IMG/VR virus record: IMGVR_UViG_3300037780_000111
Span: 1-39,732 of that record
Strand: one strand, 5' to 3'
DNA: 39,732 nucleotides
Source: a virus
Taxonomy: Duplodnaviria > Caudoviricetes
Under the pieces are notes generated by a model, which saw nothing but the letters and a program-made list of their open reading frames with translations, was not told the origin of the DNA and made no database searches. A program made the position numbers and the translations under genes. Of this stretch, positions 10,268 through 20,035 are shown in pieces. Position 1 is the first letter of the stretch. Each line of letters starts with the position of its first letter.

Positions 10268-12306
10268 TGGCATATGAAGTAAGATATACTGATGAAATAA
10301 ACAAAGGTGTTATTATTGTTGAAGATAGAACAATCAATAATGATACCAGCATAGGATTTCCGGGAAGAGATGCTACTAGTTATGGTCAAACCATAGCTGA
10401 AAATTTCTTACATATTTTAGAAAATTTTTCTAGCACCACTCCACCGGAACGACCTGTCGAAGGACAATTATGGTATGATAATACAGATGGAGTAAATCAA
10501 TTAAAAATTTATGACGGAACAACTTGGGGAGCATCGGGCGGCATTAAAAAAGCAGACAACGAACCGGCTGTTTCAAATAGTGTTACAGGTGATCTATGGG
10601 TAAACACTGAAAATCAACAATTATACTTGTTTTCAGGAAGTGCATGGGTATTGGTAGGTCCGCAATTCAGTGATGGTTTATTAACAGGCGGCGAAGCACA
10701 AGTAATTGTGGGCATTGATGATCAAGAATATAGTATTTTTGTTATTAAAATACAAGATCAACCATCTGTTATTTTTAGTGGTAATAATTTTGTACCTAAA
10801 ACAGCAATACCTGGATTTAGATCTGGTATTAAAACAGGTGTAAATTTAGCTGATAATACTAATAATTTCAAGTATTATGGAACTTCAGAAAAATCAGAAG
10901 CAATGATTATTTCAGGAGAAACTGTTCCTGCAAGAAATTTTCTTAGAGGAGATGCCGAATCGACTACAGATTTTCGTCTTCGAGTAAAAAACAACAATGG
11001 AGTTCAGATCGGAACCAGTAATCAGGTTGGAATATATATTGATAATGAAAGCGGAGTTCTTCAGCATAACACAGGTGGCTCAAGTTTTATTTTTAGGTTA
11101 AGTGATGGGGCAAATTTTAAAAATGTTCTAACAATTGATAGTTCCGAAAAAATTGGTATTAATAATTTAAGTCCTGATGAAGAGCTTGATGTGCTAGGTA
11201 ATATCAAAGTAAATTCAAAATCGGGCAATCCTGACAGCGGAGTAATTAAAGTTGACAGTGTCATCGATAGTAATAATATTGGCCAAGGCTCGATTGTTAC
11301 CAAAGGCGGAATAGGTGTCGCCTTAAATGCTAATATTGGCGGCGACTTAGCTGTCGAAGGTGATACAGTAACAAGGAATATTGTTCCTGATACTGCTGCT
11401 ACAAGAAATATCGGTACTCCGACGCAGAGATATGAACAAATTTATGCCAGTAACTTTTTTGGAAATTTACAAGGAAATGTTACAGGAACGGTCTCAGGCC
11501 GAGCAGGAAGTGCCAATAGACTCACCACTGCTACTACTTTTGCAATAAGTGGAGATGTAGAAAATAATAGTTTTGAGTTTGACGGCACCGGCGGAACAAA
11601 AACTTTTGATGTAAGGATTTCGAATAGTTTTATTTCAAATAAGTCATCAATTTCTGATTCATTGAACACAGATGAAATTTTAATTAACAGAACAACCGGT
11701 GATACTGGTGTTTATCGTATTAATAAAAGAAATTTCTTAAAGACACTGAACTTGATCCCTGCAGGGGTTATAGTACCGTTCGGCGGAGTAGTAGCGCCAG
11801 ATAATTGGTTAATTTGTGATGGAAGAGAAGTAAGAAAATCAGATTATGGTTTATTATGGGAAGCTATTGGGTTTAATTTTAGAGATCCGGCACTTATTTC
11901 AGATAACGGTGTTCAGTTTTTTGCATTGCCCGATCTTCGAGGAAGATTTCCGCTTGGTATAGACAATATGGGAGATACTGGCGCAGCTGACGTAGTTACT
12001 GATTCTTCTGCCGATACAATCGGTAATGTTGGTGGTTCAGAATTTAAAAATATCGGAGTCGAAAATCTTCCTGAACACGAACACGATATGGAAGGCGAAA
12101 GCGGGACACAGTATTATGGAATTAGAGTAGGTAGCGGTTCGGTTATTGACCCCAATGCGATTAACTTGCCCATTGAGCCCGGACTTGGCGGAACACAAGG
12201 TTTACCAGCCAGCGGTGGCATTCTCACTGACGGAACTTTGGGCGACCCATTAAACACAATGAACCCGTATCTTACTGTCACCTATATAATATACACTGGA
12301 AATTAA
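10267..12306 (+). CDS. Tail fibre / short tail fibre protein with C-terminal tail collar domain
   Basis: Collar signature PAGVIVPFGG..APDNWLICDG...LWEAIG...FALPDLRGRFPLG, HxH (HEH) tip motif, terminal NPYLTVTYIIYTG; N-terminal ENF..LENF...P..GQLWYD domain shared with next two genes. Confidence 0.8.
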   Translation: MAYEVRYTDEINKGVIIVEDRTINNDTSIGFPGRDATSYGQTIAENFLHILENFSSTTPPERPVEGQLWYDNTDGVNQLKIYDGTTWGASGGIKKADNEPAVSNSVTGDLWVNTENQQLYLFSGSAWVLVGPQFSDGLLTGGEAQVIVGIDDQEYSIFVIKIQDQPSVIFSGNNFVPKTAIPGFRSGIKTGVNLADNTNNFKYYGTSEKSEAMIISGETVPARNFLRGDAESTTDFRLRVKNNNGVQIGTSNQVGIYIDNESGVLQHNTGGSSFIFRLSDGANFKNVLTIDSSEKIGINNLSPDEELDVLGNIKVNSKSGNPDSGVIKVDSVIDSNNIGQGSIVTKGGIGVALNANIGGDLAVEGDTVTRNIVPDTAATRNIGTPTQRYEQIYASNFFGNLQGNVTGTVSGRAGSANRLTTATTFAISGDVENNSFEFDGTGGTKTFDVRISNSFISNKSSISDSLNTDEILINRTTGDTGVYRINKRNFLKTLNLIPAGVIVPFGGVVAPDNWLICDGREVRKSDYGLLWEAIGFNFRDPALISDNGVQFFALPDLRGRFPLGIDNMGDTGAADVVTDSSADTIGNVGGSEFKNIGVENLPEHEHDMEGESGTQYYGIRVGSGSVIDPNAINLPIEPGLGGTQGLPASGGILTDGTLGDPLNTMNPYLTVTYIIYTGN

Positions 12307-12307
12307 T

Positions 12308-14206
12308 ATGAGTTATCAATTAAACAAAACCAACGGAGCAGTTTTAACAGATCTAATTGATGGTCAAATTGATACTGAAAGTACCAATTTAACTTTGGTA
12401 GGTAGAAATTACACAGGTTATGGTGAATTTTTTAACGAAAATTTCATTAAATTACTAGAAAATTTTGCTAATAGTGCTGCACCTAGCAATCCTTTAGAAG
12501 GTCAGTTGTGGTGGGACACAAGCGAGCAGCGTGTTAAAGTATATGACGGTACACAATGGAAAGCCAGCGGTGGCCCCTATGTTCAAGCAGATCGTCCACA
12601 AATGGTAGCAGGAGACCTATGGATCGATAACCTTAACAAACAATTTTATGCGTTTGATGGCACGGATACTGTATTGGTTGGCCCTGATTACACTACCAAT
12701 CAAGGAAAAACAGGGTTTGAAACATTTAGTATTCTTGACGAACAGAGTAGATCGAGAACAGTTGCAAAATTTTTTATTGCAGGCGAATTGGTAGGAGTGT
12801 TCAGTGCTATTACATTTACACCGATATTCAGCCAAGAAATAGAAGAGTTAATAACTGAAGAAAATCCTAGAGGAACAATTTTTGAAGGTTTTAACATTGT
12901 AGATACAGAGAATTTTAAAATTTATGGTACAGTTGAAAGTGCCAATTCATTGGTTACAGGCGCTGGCGAAATAGTCACTGCTGATCAATTCCTTCCCTCA
13001 GATTCCAATGGTATAACCGTAGGAACACTTACCATACAAAACTCAGGCGGCCTTACAATCGGTTTAAGTCAAAATAATGTACAGAAAATTGTCGGACCGA
13101 GATTTTATATTGAAAATCAAATTCGAGATCATGACCTAAGTTTAAGAGTTAGGTCAACATCGTTTGAATCTTTGATTGTTGATGCGTTATACATCGATGC
13201 TAGCGAAGGTCGTGTGGGAATTTTTACCACGGATAGATTGCCTCAGTATACTTTAGATGTAGAAGGTGATCTAAGAATTACAGGAAACTTGCTGGTAGAA
13301 GGTGATACTACCAGTGTAGACGTTGCTACTATTAGAGTAGAAGATAAAAACATTGAATTGGCTACAACTGGAGATGGTACTATAGGTGACGACAGTGCTG
13401 CAAATGAAGGCGGCATAATTGTTAAATCTTCAGATGGTGATAAAACTCTGCAATGGAAGAGTGCATCGGACGCATGGACATCTAATAAAAATATTGATTT
13501 GGATGATAGCAATGATGTATATATGATCGGCGGTAGTCCTAAACTCTCAAATGATAGTTTAACAAATATTAGATTTGCAAATGATTTAGAAACTATTGGT
13601 AAATTAGATTACCTAGATGTTGATGATATCAACATCAATAGTGCAACTATTACAGCATCTCCTAGCATAGGTGCTTTTAGTATAATTTCAAATAATGGTA
13701 TATTTATTACTGCCGGTGGCACAATAAATTTAACTGACAATCAAAAAATTGCAGGAGTTGCTGATCCTACTAATTCTCAGGATGTGTCAACAAAAGCATA
13801 CACAGACAATAAAGTAGCAACAGAAACCATAGTATTTTCAATGGATATCACTGGACTGGGCACTGATGTTACACTGCAATCCAATGTAGCTCAATATTTA
13901 AATGATCTTTATCCTGCAACAAGTGAAAACAATGGGAAAGTTGCACGTATACATACAACTTCTTATACTGGTGCTGTTGTCCAAGGTATTACTGTAACAG
14001 TTACCACTGATCCCGACACATCCGGAGTTTTGACTAAATCAACAATTGCGGTTGATTCTAATGGAACTCAAAATGAATCTGTGATACAAGATATTGTAAG
14101 CACTAACACTTCTACTGGTACTGCTATATTAACACCATCTAGAGGTTTAATGACATATCAATCTAACGGAACAAATTGGATTCATCAATCAACTGTTCCT
14201 TATTAA
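12308..14206 (+). CDS. Tail fibre-like structural protein
   Basis: Shared N-terminal domain (GRNYTGYGE..NENF..LLENFA...GQLWWD), fibre-type repeats (LDVEGDLRITGNLLVEG; VADPTNSQDVSTKAYTD). Confidence 0.72.
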   Translation: MSYQLNKTNGAVLTDLIDGQIDTESTNLTLVGRNYTGYGEFFNENFIKLLENFANSAAPSNPLEGQLWWDTSEQRVKVYDGTQWKASGGPYVQADRPQMVAGDLWIDNLNKQFYAFDGTDTVLVGPDYTTNQGKTGFETFSILDEQSRSRTVAKFFIAGELVGVFSAITFTPIFSQEIEELITEENPRGTIFEGFNIVDTENFKIYGTVESANSLVTGAGEIVTADQFLPSDSNGITVGTLTIQNSGGLTIGLSQNNVQKIVGPRFYIENQIRDHDLSLRVRSTSFESLIVDALYIDASEGRVGIFTTDRLPQYTLDVEGDLRITGNLLVEGDTTSVDVATIRVEDKNIELATTGDGTIGDDSAANEGGIIVKSSDGDKTLQWKSASDAWTSNKNIDLDDSNDVYMIGGSPKLSNDSLTNIRFANDLETIGKLDYLDVDDININSATITASPSIGAFSIISNNGIFITAGGTINLTDNQKIAGVADPTNSQDVSTKAYTDNKVATETIVFSMDITGLGTDVTLQSNVAQYLNDLYPATSENNGKVARIHTTSYTGAVVQGITVTVTTDPDTSGVLTKSTIAVDSNGTQNESVIQDIVSTNTSTGTAILTPSRGLMTYQSNGTNWIHQSTVPY

Positions 14207-14210
14207 TTCA

Positions 14211-14218
14211 GATAAATA
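14211..14218 (+). promoter_or_regulatory. T4-like late promoter candidate (GATAAATA)
   Basis: In the 37-bp gap between fibre genes, upstream of AGGA RBS and ATG 14244. Confidence 0.6.
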
Positions 14219-14243
14219 ACTAAAAGAATTAGGAACCAACACA

Positions 14244-15749
14244 ATGGCATACCAAATTGATAGATATAATAACACAATTTTGACAATAGTTGAGGATGGT
14301 ACTATTGATCAAACTACAGATTTGAGATTTGTAGGTAAAAATTACAGTGGTTATGGTGAAATCCAAAACGAAAATTTTCTTTTTTTACTAGAAAATTTTG
14401 CGGGTGCTAATCAACCACCACGTGCAATCAGCGGCCAAATTTGGTTTGACAGTGCAAACAGTAAATTAAAATTTTATGATGGTACAAAATGGCGTACAAC
14501 AGGTGGTTCGGAAATTGCTACCGAAAGCCCAACCGGATTATCACTTGGTGATTTTTGGTGGGATACTGACAATCAACAGCTTCATGTATACGACGGCAGT
14601 GATTTTGTTTTAGTAGGTCCTCAACAAGCAGGCGAGGGCATTACTCAAATGGTTAGTTATGATGTTCTTGATAATACTGGAATAACAAAAAGTATTATGG
14701 CCGCTTTAATAAATGATAGCATAATATATACTGTAAGTTCTGAACAATTTACATTGGGAGCATCTCAGCCATCTAACGTTCCACCGGGGATTCTTACAAA
14801 ATTTGATGTAATTAGAAAAGGTCTTACGTTAGCTGATACACAGCAATCTAAAAATGGTGTAACTGATGATAATGGAAATCCTAATAGAACTTTTTATTGG
14901 GGAACAGCATCTAATGCAGAACGTCTAGGTGGCATATCATCTAGTGAATATTTGAAATCTACAGATCCAAATTTCACAACTCTAGTGAAACTGTCGGATC
15001 TAGGACTTGTTATCGGTGATGATCTTGATCTCAAGATTTACATCGAAAACGGAAGTGTAGGAGTAATTGAAAATCAAACTGGTACCGATAGTATTATTAG
15101 ATTCAAAACCACAGACAGTGTTGGCAACAGTGTTCATAACATCACAATAAATAATACCGGAATTTTGCCAGCTGTTGATAATACTTTCGATTTAGGAACA
15201 ACTACTCAAAAATGGACTAATGTCCATGCAGCTAATTTTGTAGGCGAAGCCACCAAAGCAACTACATTGCGAGAGGGCAGCAATTTTAGATCTACAAGTG
15301 TTAATGCTACTGCAAATACAGTGGCAGTTCGTGATAGTTCTGGAAATCTCAATGCAAACCTGTTTATTGGTACAGCAACCAGTGCCAGGTATGCTGACTT
15401 AGCGGAAAAATACACTGTAGATCAGGAATATCCAGTAGGTACTGTTATGATGATTTGCAAACACGCAGATCATGAAGCAGAAGCATGTGATATCGCAGGA
15501 ATCCCAATAGGTGTAATTTCTGAGAATCCTGCTTATTTAATGAACATGGATTGTGAGGGGCAAGCTGTGGGCCTAAAAGGGCGTTTACCAGTTCGTATAA
15601 TAGGTTCTGTAAAAAAGGGCGATGCAGTCTATGTTGACGACAACGGTTGTGCAAGTACTAGAACAAATAGCAGCAGCTTAGTGGCCGTTGCATTAGAAAC
15701 AAATAATAACGAGGGCGAAAAACTAGTTGAGTGTGTGCTGAAAGTATAA
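14244..15749 (+). CDS. Tail fibre-like protein with probable C-terminal intramolecular chaperone (peptidase G2-like) domain
   Basis: Shared N-terminal domain; C-terminal YADLAEKY...GTV...GVIS.NPAYLMN...GRLPV...G.V.KGD pattern typical of auto-cleaving fibre chaperones. Confidence 0.7.
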   Translation: MAYQIDRYNNTILTIVEDGTIDQTTDLRFVGKNYSGYGEIQNENFLFLLENFAGANQPPRAISGQIWFDSANSKLKFYDGTKWRTTGGSEIATESPTGLSLGDFWWDTDNQQLHVYDGSDFVLVGPQQAGEGITQMVSYDVLDNTGITKSIMAALINDSIIYTVSSEQFTLGASQPSNVPPGILTKFDVIRKGLTLADTQQSKNGVTDDNGNPNRTFYWGTASNAERLGGISSSEYLKSTDPNFTTLVKLSDLGLVIGDDLDLKIYIENGSVGVIENQTGTDSIIRFKTTDSVGNSVHNITINNTGILPAVDNTFDLGTTTQKWTNVHAANFVGEATKATTLREGSNFRSTSVNATANTVAVRDSSGNLNANLFIGTATSARYADLAEKYTVDQEYPVGTVMMICKHADHEAEACDIAGIPIGVISENPAYLMNMDCEGQAVGLKGRLPVRIIGSVKKGDAVYVDDNGCASTRTNSSSLVAVALETNNNEGEKLVECVLKV

Positions 15750-15758
15750 GGAAATAGC

Positions 15759-16739
15759 ATGACAGAAGTTTCAGCAAGCAGACACAACGCTTTAGTACAG
15801 AGAATAACTAGAATACTAGGAAATGGCGACGGGACCTTCGGTTATGGACAAGGGTCCGGGTATGGTTCTTCCCCTAGTAGTTTCGAAGTTTCTAATGATC
15901 CTGCAAGTAATACAAATATTATTACAGCAGAGGCAATGAACGCTCTTTATGCTGATATGGTAAGAGCTAGAGTTCATCAGTTAGGAGCAGAGCCTCAAGA
16001 AATAGCAGAAATGATAGCCAATGCAAATGTTATTGCCGAGTCAGAAAGTTTCATCGTAGACGATAATGGAGTTTCAACAGTTGATCCTGACGGAGCAAGA
16101 AAGGGTATACTTGATTTTGAAAGTTTGATGCAATCAATCGAAAATGATAGATTTCTCATAAATCCAAATCAAGCAATAGTGGAATTAGCAACACAGAATC
16201 TAAGAACATCAGTATGGAATTCGATACTTGTTCATGAATTTGAAATAACCTTTGATAGCGAAGATCACCGCCGTCATTATTTTAATTCAGGTGGAGAGAT
16301 TAGAATAAGTGCGTCACTTGATAATTTTATCACAGACAAAGGAGACAGCTGGAGTCAGTTTTTAGGAAGCTTCGGTGTTGTTATTTTTGATCATGAAAGA
16401 ACTGTAAGCAGTGTGACGGGTTCTGGCACAGCCAAAGGAAACTATCAACTTACAAATAATTATCAAACAATCTTCACCAGCACAGGATCAGGTTTTACAT
16501 ATACTGTGTACAACGGAAATTTATATACAATCGAAGCAAAATCGACTGATTATATTTCTCCTAGCAATCCTGGATCAAAAATAAGTTTTAGAATAACATT
16601 TAATGATAATGCTGTCGATGGATCAATCGACGATAATGTAGACGGTACACTAACATCAAAAATAGAATATTTTAGAGCTAATTCTACAGCAGTAAGAGTA
16701 AACCCACCTAGTTTGCTTAATTTAATAAACTTAGACTGA
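15759..16739 (+). CDS. Putative virion structural protein, paralog 1 of 3
   Basis: 326 aa; shares RHN.L..RI..ILGN...GYG, LY.D.VRAR.HQ.G and RRH(Y/F)FNSGGEIR with next two ORFs; tail-module context. Confidence 0.6.
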   Translation: MTEVSASRHNALVQRITRILGNGDGTFGYGQGSGYGSSPSSFEVSNDPASNTNIITAEAMNALYADMVRARVHQLGAEPQEIAEMIANANVIAESESFIVDDNGVSTVDPDGARKGILDFESLMQSIENDRFLINPNQAIVELATQNLRTSVWNSILVHEFEITFDSEDHRRHYFNSGGEIRISASLDNFITDKGDSWSQFLGSFGVVIFDHERTVSSVTGSGTAKGNYQLTNNYQTIFTSTGSGFTYTVYNGNLYTIEAKSTDYISPSNPGSKISFRITFNDNAVDGSIDDNVDGTLTSKIEYFRANSTAVRVNPPSLLNLINLD

Positions 16740-16741
16740 AA

Positions 16742-17731
16742 ATGGATAAAGTTTTAGCATCAAGACATAATAATCTTTATGAAAGAATAGTTAATATATT
16801 AGGAAACGGTGCCGGCCGTAACGGATATGGTCAAGGCGAAGGCGAGGGATATGGAAATGCTCCGGAAAGTTTTCCTGTATCAAAATTAGATACTGCTGAA
16901 AATAATCTCATCACTGCAGAAACAATAAACAGTATGTATGCTGATATTGTAAGAGCAAGAATACATCAAATTGGAACAGAACCTCAAGAAATTGCAGAAA
17001 TTGTTGCTAATGCAAATATAATAGCAGAAGAAACCAGCTATTTTGTGAATACAGACCCTTCGGGAAATGTGATAGAAATACAAGACGCGAATGGTACCAA
17101 AAAAGGTTTTCTTGATTTTGAAAGATTGGTTTCGGATATAGAAACTGATAAATTTTTAATTGATCCGACGCAGGCCGTGCTGGAACCTGCTATATCATCA
17201 ACTCGAGAACGTCCATGGAACGGTTTGATATTTCATGAAATAGCAGTTACATTTAGAAACGAAAATCATCGTCGTCATTTTTTCAATTCGGGCGGCGAAA
17301 TTAGATTTTCACTAAGCAACAGCGGATCAGATACTCCTAAAGGACAAGATTGGGGAACATTGTGTTCTAATCTAGGCACTGTTATTTTTGATATAAACAA
17401 AACTATAGCGTCGAGTATCGGAGTAACGAATTTTATTGGAAATTATGACCTAACAGACGATTATCAAACAATAGTAAATTATGTCGGCGGAGGCAAACTA
17501 ACAGGAACTTTTTTTGGAGTATACAGCAGTAATTTAGTTACATTTAAAGCAAGGTCTGCTTCTCCTAGTATTATAAATTTTAGAATAGAATTCAACGATC
17601 TAGCCAATGAAAATTTTGCAGACGAAAACGTTACAGGTAGACTAGAGAGTTTAGTGCAGCAATATCGTGCTGAATCTGCATCTGTATCGGTTCCTGCTCC
17701 TACATTTAGTAATATAACCAGTATATCATAA
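16742..17731 (+). CDS. Putative virion structural protein, paralog 2 of 3
   Basis: 329 aa; same motifs, most similar to paralog 1 (EPQEIAE..ANAN.IAE). Confidence 0.6.
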   Translation: MDKVLASRHNNLYERIVNILGNGAGRNGYGQGEGEGYGNAPESFPVSKLDTAENNLITAETINSMYADIVRARIHQIGTEPQEIAEIVANANIIAEETSYFVNTDPSGNVIEIQDANGTKKGFLDFERLVSDIETDKFLIDPTQAVLEPAISSTRERPWNGLIFHEIAVTFRNENHRRHFFNSGGEIRFSLSNSGSDTPKGQDWGTLCSNLGTVIFDINKTIASSIGVTNFIGNYDLTDDYQTIVNYVGGGKLTGTFFGVYSSNLVTFKARSASPSIINFRIEFNDLANENFADENVTGRLESLVQQYRAESASVSVPAPTFSNITSIS

Positions 17732-17748
17732 TTATTATATGCGTGCTT

Positions 17749-17756
17749 TATAAATA
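17749..17756 (+). promoter_or_regulatory. T4-type late promoter (TATAAATA, exact consensus)
   Basis: Exact gp55-dependent late promoter consensus in a 43-bp intergenic gap, followed by GAGG RBS and ATG 17775. Confidence 0.7.
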
Positions 17757-17774
17757 CTCAGAGGAATATAGAAT

Positions 17775-18770
17775 ATGTCAGTAGTAATTGAAAGCGCACG
17801 TTATAATAATCTTGTTCAGAGAATAGTAGCAGTATTAGGAAATTCAACTACGGGTAATCCCCAAACTGGTTATGGATCAACATTAAATGTTGATCCATTC
17901 GGTGTAACCGGAAGTAGAAACCAAATTGATTTATCTAATGTTGATAAAGTTGATAGTGATGATTTTAAAAATCTCTATATTGATCTAGTAAGGGCAAGAG
18001 TACATCAAATAGGTTCTTCTGCGTTTAGTGTAGAACCTTTTGTTGTAGGTGACTACAATACAAATTTAGCTAATACTGATAAAATTCAAGAGGCGTATAC
18101 TCAAGGTCTTGAAGATCTCATGACTCAAATTGAAACAGATAAGTTAGAAATAGACGTAGCTACACAGGCAGAGATAGATCCGTTAACTTCTAGTACTCGT
18201 CTACAAAGTGTATCAGGGCCTTGGAATGGAACACTTTCTCATATTTTTACTGTAAACTTTGGCAGTATAGACGAGCGTCGTCATTTTTTTAATTCGGGAG
18301 GCGAAATTAGATTTAGTGCAAATCTCACGTACACAGGCAGCGAAGATAAAACTCTAAAATGGCAAACACTTCTAAGTAATATAGGAGTTGTAAGTTTTAA
18401 AGCAGTTACAACATTTAGTAATGCAGGCACGGGATCAGGATCAAACATAGGAAATTATCAGCTAACTGGATCATATCAATTGGTTTACAGAAACACCGGC
18501 CTAAGTCCTTACAGTGGAAATTCTTACGAAATTTATGCACTGCAAAATTCTGCTACACAAATACAGTTTAGAGTATGGTTTAGGGATGATGATGCAGGAG
18601 GCCCAATTGTCAATCCTGGTGATGTTCCTGTTGATGAGGACGTTCTTGGTGATCTAACAAGCACAATAGAATATGCTAGAGCAGATGGTGTGGTAGATAT
18701 AAATGGTACAGAATATACAACTGTGGTATTTGACAGACCTGTCACAGTTGCAACAGTATCTAATCTTTAA
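17775..18770 (+). CDS. Putative virion structural protein, paralog 3 of 3
   Basis: 331 aa; RYNNLVQRI, LYIDLVRARVHQIG, RRHFFNSGGEIRFS. Confidence 0.6.
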   Translation: MSVVIESARYNNLVQRIVAVLGNSTTGNPQTGYGSTLNVDPFGVTGSRNQIDLSNVDKVDSDDFKNLYIDLVRARVHQIGSSAFSVEPFVVGDYNTNLANTDKIQEAYTQGLEDLMTQIETDKLEIDVATQAEIDPLTSSTRLQSVSGPWNGTLSHIFTVNFGSIDERRHFFNSGGEIRFSANLTYTGSEDKTLKWQTLLSNIGVVSFKAVTTFSNAGTGSGSNIGNYQLTGSYQLVYRNTGLSPYSGNSYEIYALQNSATQIQFRVWFRDDDAGGPIVNPGDVPVDEDVLGDLTSTIEYARADGVVDINGTEYTTVVFDRPVTVATVSNL

Positions 18771-18785
18771 TTGTTCAAAAAATAA

Positions 18786-18814
18786 TTGACATCTTTCTAT
18801 TACTAATATATAAT
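18786..18814 (+). promoter_or_regulatory. Consensus sigma70 promoter TTGACA-N17-TATAAT
   Basis: TTGACA 18786-18791, 17-bp spacer, TATAAT 18809-18814; AGGAG RBS 18828-18832; ATG 18838. Confidence 0.8.
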
Positions 18815-18822
18815 AGTAATAG
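18797..18822. repeat. 26-bp near-perfect palindrome (operator-like) over the -10 box
   Basis: CTATTACTA-A-TATATA-A-TAGTAATAG: 9-bp perfect arms plus symmetric core, one mismatched pair. Confidence 0.7.
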
Positions 18823-18837
18823 TTTATAGGAGTAATT

Positions 18838-19191
18838 ATGGACGAGCGTCTAGCAAAAGCAATCGAATTCTCTAATTATATGGTAACACTTAACAACCAA
18901 AAAAGGTTGTTAGAGGAAAAGTATCACGAAAATCTTTTGTACTTTAAAAACGGATGCCAATTTACTGTTACCAAAGAGCTGATAACATTTGTAGGAATGT
19001 TGATTTTGAATAAAAATGACAGTGACGTTGTATTGGTTGATGATAACAGTATACCTACTTTAATTAATGATTTAAATGTTTTTTATGATGATATACTTGA
19101 TGTTTATTTTTCAGCATCTAATGAATATCATATCAAATACAATGAATTAAAATCAAAAAGAAGTATAGAAAAACTAATCGATTATGAGTAA
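18838..19191 (+). CDS. Hypothetical protein (possibly tail-fibre assembly chaperone-like)
   Basis: 117 aa, strong RBS, overlaps next gene; weak resemblance (G..F...; LVDDN..P..I.DL..F) to small fibre chaperones. Confidence 0.6.
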   Translation: MDERLAKAIEFSNYMVTLNNQKRLLEEKYHENLLYFKNGCQFTVTKELITFVGMLILNKNDSDVVLVDDNSIPTLINDLNVFYDDILDVYFSASNEYHIKYNELKSKRSIEKLIDYE

Positions 19192-20035
19192 AGGTGCATT
19201 ATTAATTGCAAGAAATAATGGCGAACTTGACTATGTAAAACAAGCAATTTTTCTAGCAAAAAGAATTAAGAAATATCTAGATATTCCTACCAGTGTAATT
19301 ACTGATAATATAGAATATTTAAAAAATTGCTCAGATTCTGGTGTTTTTGATAAAATAATAGAAATTTCTCGCTCGGAAACAAAAAACAAACGTGTATACC
19401 ATGACGGAACACTATTTTATAAATCTGCATCTTTTAAGAATGATGCAAGACATTTGGCGTATGATTTAACACCATATGACGAGACATTGCTGTTAGACAC
19501 AGATTATATCATATGCAACAACTTACTTAAAAACTGTTTTTCAAGTAATAACGATTTTATGTTATTTAAAAAAAGTGAAGACATTGCCAAAGTAAGAGAT
19601 GAGAAAGAATTTCGTCATGTTTCGGACTATGGTATAGATTTTTATTGGGCTACTGTAATCTTTTTTAGAAAAACAGAACTAAACAAGATATTTTTTGATC
19701 TAGTTGCACATATAAGAGAAAATTGGAAGCACTATTTGAGAGTTTACCAAATTGATAATCCCATGTTTAGAAATGATTTTGCTTTTAGTATTGCAATTCA
19801 CACAATGAATGGATTTCAAAAAGGAGATTTTGCTCAAGAACTTCCTGGAAAACATCTTTACACTATTGATAAAGATATCTTGTGGGAATTGAATCAAGAT
19901 AATATGCTGTTTTTAGTAGAGAAAAAAAATTATCTTGGAGAATATACCGCTATTAGAACACAAGGTCAGAGTGTGCATGTAATGAACAAATTCAGTCTTG
20001 AAAGAATTATCGAACAGGAAACTCATAATGTCTAA
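19184..20035 (+). CDS. GT-A fold glycosyltransferase-like protein (GT8-like)
   Basis: N-terminal DY...A..LA..IK helix, TPYDETLLLDTD (DxD) motif, late RND and H motifs; paralog of next gene. Confidence 0.65.
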   Translation: MSKGALLIARNNGELDYVKQAIFLAKRIKKYLDIPTSVITDNIEYLKNCSDSGVFDKIIEISRSETKNKRVYHDGTLFYKSASFKNDARHLAYDLTPYDETLLLDTDYIICNNLLKNCFSSNNDFMLFKKSEDIAKVRDEKEFRHVSDYGIDFYWATVIFFRKTELNKIFFDLVAHIRENWKHYLRVYQIDNPMFRNDFAFSIAIHTMNGFQKGDFAQELPGKHLYTIDKDILWELNQDNMLFLVEKKNYLGEYTAIRTQGQSVHVMNKFSLERIIEQETHNV

